64,000 bases of DNA from Paraspadella gotoi (taxonomy: Eukaryota > Animalia > Chaetognatha). Every line of letters starts with the position of its first letter. Within the stretch, counting starts at the first letter, position 1. Made by a program: the position numbers and the translations under genes. This document shows positions 54,870-64,000 of this stretch, piece after piece. The stretch covers positions 31,174,335 through 31,238,334 of the forward strand of contig CM119263.1 in NCBI GenBank assembly GCA_051294375.1. The letters are read 5' to 3'. Under the pieces are notes generated by a model that was not told where the DNA came from, did no database searches, and was given only the letters and a program-made list of their open reading frames with translations.

Positions 54870-55383
54870 GGGATTGACAGAGATATAGAGACACTCGGTG
54901 AAACGCCTAGATTCACCACAGATCCTGTTACACGTTAATGCCTTTTTTGGATTTTTATTGTTAGAACATGGTTCCCTTGTTTGATCTGCATTTTATATTG
55001 ATCAATGTATTTCCCATTGTTTCGTATTTCTCCATATTTTCATTTGGGAGGTCATTTCATAACATTTATAATCATCAATGGCAAATTTTTGTCACATTTC
55101 TCTTTAGAATCATCATTTCATTCCTTATTTTATTTAGGTGTCAATGTGGGTGTTTCTCAAAGAAATGATCGATTTCAGCGGTGATTCGAGCAAAATAAAT
55201 ATCGAGGCAAACAGTTTGACAAAAAAAAGAAAACTGAATTATGAATGGTTTTTCACTATGGCTTCAGAAAGTCTTACCGTTACAACATGAACGAACAGTT
55301 CGCGACTTACCCTGACTTTTTTTCTCTTTTAATGCCATTCCCTCTCACCCTATTTTAGTTTTTAATTAAGACTTATTTCAGTC

Positions 55384-56385
55384 ATGGCGTCATCTTCCCC
55401 GAGTCAAACCAAAATATCCGCCTTTTTCGCTTCCGCTGGAAAAAAAAAGAAAAGAGGAGAAAAATCAGAAGACGCGAAAGAAAAAACTCGACCAGCGAAA
55501 AAGCAAAAAGTCGAGGACGCCTCGACGCCGATAGAAGGCGCCGCGACGCCAGATACCGAGAAGGCTCCATCCAAAACCGAAGAGGCCTCGCCTAGCCCGG
55601 CGCCGGAATGTCTCTCGGCCGAGGCGAAGCAAATGATCGAAGGGAAGAAAATGTCGGCGAAATTAAAACTCGTTTCCTCAAAGACAAAAGGACTCGTGAC
55701 CAACTTGGGCGCCTCCTGGTTGCCATCGCTCGAACCCGAATTCGCCAAGGACTACTTTCTCAAGTTGTCGGATTTCGTTGCCTCCGAACGCGCCGCCAAA
55801 ACAGTGTTTCCTCCGGCGGAGAAAGTCTTTTCTTGGACGGACATGTGTCCCATAGATAAGATCAAAGTGGTCATCCTCGGACAAGATCCTTACCACGGAC
55901 CCAATCAAGCGCACGGTCTTTGCTTCAGCGTCGGCAAAGGCGTCCCGCCTCCGCCATCGCTAATCAACATGTACAAGGAACTGGAGTCTGATGTGGAGGG
56001 ATTCCGTCGGCCCGATCACGGATATCTGGGCGGGTGGGCCGAGCAAGGGGTTTTGCTTCTCAACGCTTGTCTCACCGTGAGACGAGGTGAACCCAATTCG
56101 CACAAGGACAAAGGATGGGAGACTTTCACCGACGCCGTCATCAAGACTCTCAGCAAAACTCGACCTCCTGGACTCGTCTTTCTCCTCTGGGGATCCTACG
56201 CTCAAAAGAAAGGGAAGGTCATCGACAGAAAGAGGCCTGGACATCACGTGATCAGCGGCGTTCATCCCTCTCCGCTTTCTGCTCATAGAGGATTCTTTGG
56301 CTGTAAACATTTCTCCAAAGCCAATGAGTTGCTGGAGCAAGAAGGCGTGGATCCCGTTGACTGGACCAAATTGCCTTCACCGTGA
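55384..56385 (+). CDS. UNG: Uracil-DNA glycosylase (family 1, nuclear UNG2-like), intronless
   Basis: PIP box QTKISAFF; RPA-binding-like helix LSAEAKQMIEGKK; catalytic motifs VVILGQDPYHG, PPPPSL, GVLLLN and VHPSPLSAHRGF. Confidence 0.97.
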   Translation: MASSSPSQTKISAFFASAGKKKKRGEKSEDAKEKTRPAKKQKVEDASTPIEGAATPDTEKAPSKTEEASPSPAPECLSAEAKQMIEGKKMSAKLKLVSSKTKGLVTNLGASWLPSLEPEFAKDYFLKLSDFVASERAAKTVFPPAEKVFSWTDMCPIDKIKVVILGQDPYHGPNQAHGLCFSVGKGVPPPPSLINMYKELESDVEGFRRPDHGYLGGWAEQGVLLLNACLTVRRGEPNSHKDKGWETFTDAVIKTLSKTRPPGLVFLLWGSYAQKKGKVIDRKRPGHHVISGVHPSPLSAHRGFFGCKHFSKANELLEQEGVDPVDWTKLPSP

Positions 56386-56712
56386 TAAGACTCTTCATTT
56401 TCTGCTTTTCAATTACAACTTTCGTCTTTTTCGATATCAGTACCAAATTTTGGCACATTTTTAAAATCATTTTGATTAACATTTAACTTATCCCAGTTTT
56501 TTCGTTCCTCTTCATCTTTCGTTATTTTTATCGTGAAAAAGAAGAATCCGTGCAACTTTTCTACCTGATCTTTTTCTTTTCAGAAAAAACCTCTGGCGAT
56601 GTCACGAGGTGATTTTTAATTGGATATTCAATTCAATATCAATTCCGAACAAGTCTTGACAGAGTTTTTTTACTTAATTGGTAAGCAATACTAATTTCGG
56701 CATTGAATATGA

Positions 56713-60000
<3,288 letters not shown>

Positions 60001-60017
60001 CGAATTGCTCAGAAATG

Positions 60018-60127
<110 letters not shown>

Positions 60128-60604
60128 GACAATGGACAATGACAATGGTATTGTTGACTTATGAAGGAATCGTGTGCCATAAGATGGATGAAGAAAAATC
60201 ATTCCTCTTTTTTGTTTTTGTTTTTTTAACTCAACTTTTATTTGTTAGGCTATTCGAACTTCATTTTTTTTTTTGGTTCGTTTCGTTACTCAAATTGTTC
60301 TGTTTTTTCTTCTTCAATTTTGCAATGTTTTAACAAGAATGTAAACAATATTGTATCGCGATAAGATCTCGGGCAAAAATATAGATACAGTTATAAATCG
60401 TTAATTCGTTAAATAATTGCAAAATTTCTCTTTTTTCTTCCCCGCGCATTGACGTTTTGATTCCACCACCCAACCAACTCTGTACAAAACGATTTAATTT
60501 TCACGTCGCATTTAGGCCCAATATATATTTTACTTAAAAAGGACACGCCCATCGAATCCTTTCCAATTTCAATCTGTTAAAAATTAAAACAAAAAGAAAA
60601 GAAA

Positions 60605-60982
60605 ATGGCGTCTTTCGGAATCTCGGTGGAAAACTCGAAATTCTCCTGCTTGCCCTGCGACGACGAAGCTGAAGTGAAGAAGGGGAAGAACAGAGGGAAG
60701 AAGAAGGAGAACGCCGCCGCCGCGGGCAAGAAGGAGGAGAATCAGACTAAGAACAAGAAGAAGAACGACAAGAGGTCGGTGAGTTTCAATTCTTTTGGTC
60801 AATTAATTCGATTTTTTATTAAAATAAAAGTTTTTTCGCAATTTCAGCTTCAGTCGATGGCTGTTTTGCCCAACAAAAACAAAAAACAACAGACGACGAC
60901 TACGACGACGACCACGACGAAGCGATCGGAGTCAAGCGAACCAGACGCCGACTGGCAAACGTGGCATGAACGCGACGTCGAG
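60605..60982 (+). CDS. GKAP1: 5' exons of a G-kinase-anchoring protein 1-like gene (continues past the window)
   Basis: MASFGISVENSKFSCLPCDD (cf. the SRFALL motif), Lys-rich stretch, LQSMAV and DWQTWHERDVE resemble the GKAP1 N-terminus; recognised from memory only. Confidence 0.55.
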
Positions 60983-60999
60983 GTCGGTGGCGGTTATTT

Positions 61000-61530
61000 T
61001 ATCGTCGCAATCGTCTTCTTCTCTCTCTCTCTTTTCTTTTTTAATTATATGTAGCTATCCCTCTCTCTTTTTGGAAAATACAATTGCGACGATCCTTATG
61101 CTTTTAAGATTTTTGATGATTAAATTTGGGTGTATGAAGCTGAAAATTTATATACAGCTTCTCTTCATCGAGGTCCTTTAAATTGGATGAAGACGTTTAT
61201 TAAATATGTTTTGTTTGTTTTATCAAAACAAACAAATTTGCTCTACTTTTATTTTTATGTCTCTTTCTCTCTCTCTTTTCTCTTTTAATTATATGTAGCT
61301 CTCTCTCTCTCTCTTTTCCCCAGTCGCTGATTCCTTGGGTTCTGCAGGGGCTTTCTTTCATTTTAGCTCTTTTCTCCTGCTGCTTCTGCTGATTCGTCCG
61401 AAAACGATTTGGCTTCTCTCTCTCTGCGTTTTTATTAAAAAAAAATTGAATTAGGATTGAACTCGTAAAATTAGGCATCGCATTTGTGCATGTTATCATT
61501 TTGCTATTGCAACATTGGGTTTTTATTTCG
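61000..61530. mobile_element. Rearranged copies of the DINE-1/pearl-like MITE (another fragment at ~63885-64000)
   Basis: ATCGTCGCAATCG at 61001, ATTGCGACGATCCTTATGCTTTTAA at ~61083, the shared core to ~61530; a 3' end GCGATTGCGACGAT plus a new (GTC)n head at the window end. Confidence 0.75.
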
Positions 61531-64000
61531 TTCTTCTCGTCACTCTCTTTTTATTTTTATTATTCTTTCTTTCCTTTCTATTCTTTCTTTCCTTTCTATT
61601 TTTTTTTTATATACGACACAATGAAAAATAACGTGGCGAAATGGTCTCGTGCTGATTTTGTCCCTTTAAATTGTTCTGAGCAAATTAATTGATCATTACT
61701 TTTGGTAATATGTGCGATATATACTACTGGACATTACTGTATCTGACATAACCCTTGACCATCAACAAAAAACGCTAACGAGATCAAAAATAGTAAAAGA
61801 TAAAGCAATATAGCTCGAAACGCTTACAAAATTTTAGACCATTGCTTTTATAAATGCAAAAAAAATATTAATATTATTAAAACAAACTTTAATGATAACC
61901 TATAGTTAACCGAGACCAAGAAGAATATTTTACCCATCATTTCCTCAATTTATATGAATCATTTGTTTATAATTAGTCAATTAATCTAAAATAACAGTAT
62001 GACAAATTCATTTCAATTTTCTTTATGAATGGGAAGTTTTCTCTGCTTACTCCCCTTGTGTCTAATTATTTAATATTTTAAAGGTATTTTCAAAAACTTT
62101 ATATAATTACTATATTTTTCACTTTTTTCAATTCTTTCAAACAAAAACAACATTATAAAAACATTTTAAATTAATAAAAAAAAATTGATTGAATGATTTT
62201 GGAAAAAAATATTTTGAAACTGAGAATAATGGATTATGAGTCAGAAAAAAATTTTGCAATTCTAAAAAATCAGCCTCTAGCCTTTTTGATTTTTCTAGAG
62301 GCTGATTTTTTTATTTTTTTGATATTTTGATTTTCTATGCAAAACCATTATTCTCAATGAGCATAGGTCAGATGAAATTTTTTCCCAACAATTTGAAGAA
62401 ATTTTAACTTTTTTAATTAGGCTTTTTTGGGGAAATAAAATAAATAAATATTTATACGATGGTACATCTGAAGAGATATGTCTCTAAATGACAAAAAATT
62501 TTCTTCAAGTTTTATTTTAAAATTTAAATATTGTACCAATAGAAATAAGTGAGATACTCCCGCTTTGTCGAAATTTTTATTTACAAAGATTGTACTGCGT
62601 AATCTAAAAAAAATATTTTTTTTAAAATAACTTTTGAAGAAAAGAGGTAGCAAGGTGGATGTGGTATCAAATTAAAGCCCATCATGGACACCTATTCTAA
62701 AAGCAGTTTTATTAAATTTAAATCTATAAATCTTACACTGCTTTTGTTTAAATCAGAGTTAAAGTATAACAGTTTTTGCTTAAAATTGCAATGAAGGCAG
62801 AAATTTTTTCTTTTTCTTTTGTAATTTGAAAAAGGAAAGACTGAATTTACATTTGTTTATTATTAAATTTTTTTTATTCATAAAATTGCTTATATTTTTC
62901 AGTTAAAGTAAAAAACAAGCAAAAATTTATTGTGTAGCTGATAAATGTATTTTTAAATATTAAAAATGATAAGTACAAAAATGTTTTCAGCTTTGATATA
63001 AACAGTCTGACATCTACCTTCTTGTCTGTGAAAAAAAAATCGTCATTTTTCATTATCTTATACTGCAAACTAAAAGCTTGACACACTGTTGTTTATCATA
63101 ATAAAAGTTATAAAAAATTATATAGGCTGGTAACCATATTTGACAAAGCAAAACATCATTGTGTTAAATTGTATTGATAATTTTCTTTTAAATTATAGCA
63201 GAAATTTAATTCTATTATTTATCACCATTTTTAATTAGACCAAAATATTTCTCGTTAATTAGCCCATTGGAAGGTTCATTGACTGACTTAATGATGAAAT
63301 TTTTTTTAGATTTCTTTACTGCAAACCCCATTTACAAGAATATAAAAGGTCATGGTTATCATGTCAATAAGTCCAGATTTATCTGTACCCTTTTCTGCAA
63401 CCTGCATTCCAAATTTTCTTTTTTTTCCCTTTCAAATGTATAAATAAAAAAAATTATTTGAGAGAACAAACGGCTGTGGCAGGATGCCATTGGTAAGCCT
63501 TTAGTTTCACCCACTTCCCGATCGAATTTTATAAATGAGGTTTTTTTCCATCTATTTGAGACATAACATTAACTATAGTACTATTATTTTTTTTATTTTT
63601 TTCTATTACAATTCTTTGAATAATATGAATAAGTACTTTTAAAAAATTTATCATCTTTCACCTATATTCAGTCATATCTAAAAAAAAAAAAAAGATTTTG
63701 CATGATATTTTGGAATATCAACATAGAAACTATAACGTTCAAAAAATAAAAAGAAATATAATAATATTGAACAGGTGAATTTTTTTTATGCACGAACAGT
63801 AAACGTTAACGCCATTTGTTCATTGGTGTCATACTTATTCTTTTTTTTTTCTGTTTATAAATTTTTTTTTTCTCAATTTTATTTTTTTTAGTATCAAAAT
63901 TTGTCGTCAATCCAGATTTTTCTTATGCGATTGCGACGATCCTTAGGCTTTTAATATTTTTGTGGTTTTGCACATAAGTGGCGTCGTCGTCGTTGTTGTC

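Noticed and set aside
62255-62310. Palindrome AAAAATCAGCCTCTAG...CTAGAGGCTGATTTTT as a terminator or miRNA
   Set aside because: It lies in AT-rich intronic DNA that looks transposon-derived; single occurrence and no further support.

Overview
Gene-dense eukaryotic (invertebrate animal-like) genomic DNA with GC-rich exons and mostly short (~60-110 nt) AT-rich introns. I can reconstruct 16 protein-coding genes, all on the + strand and separated by short spacers (stop-to-next-ATG ~260-1900 bp): CPSF6, a kelch-repeat protein, NF-YB, cyclin B, RPLP0, FBXL15, a CNBP-like zinc-knuckle/RGG protein, ATP synthase alpha, a BTB-C2H2 protein, DLAT, taxilin, an intronless multi-C2H2 protein, LIN54, UNG, SPT16 and the 5' part of a GKAP1-like gene. 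This suggests an operon-like/polycistronic housekeeping array. The introns carry several mobile elements. The most notable is a miniature non-coding LTR retrotransposon (TRIM; two full copies plus a diverged solo LTR, all with 4-bp TSDs) whose LTRs contain a tRNA-type Pol III A/B-box promoter followed by a covarying RNA fold with a possible kissing loop. There is also a 1.25-kb solo LTR, several DINE-1/Helentron-like elements (one carrying an 18-bp satellite), and minisatellites. Gene coordinates are hand-built spans that include introns. No database searches were run.
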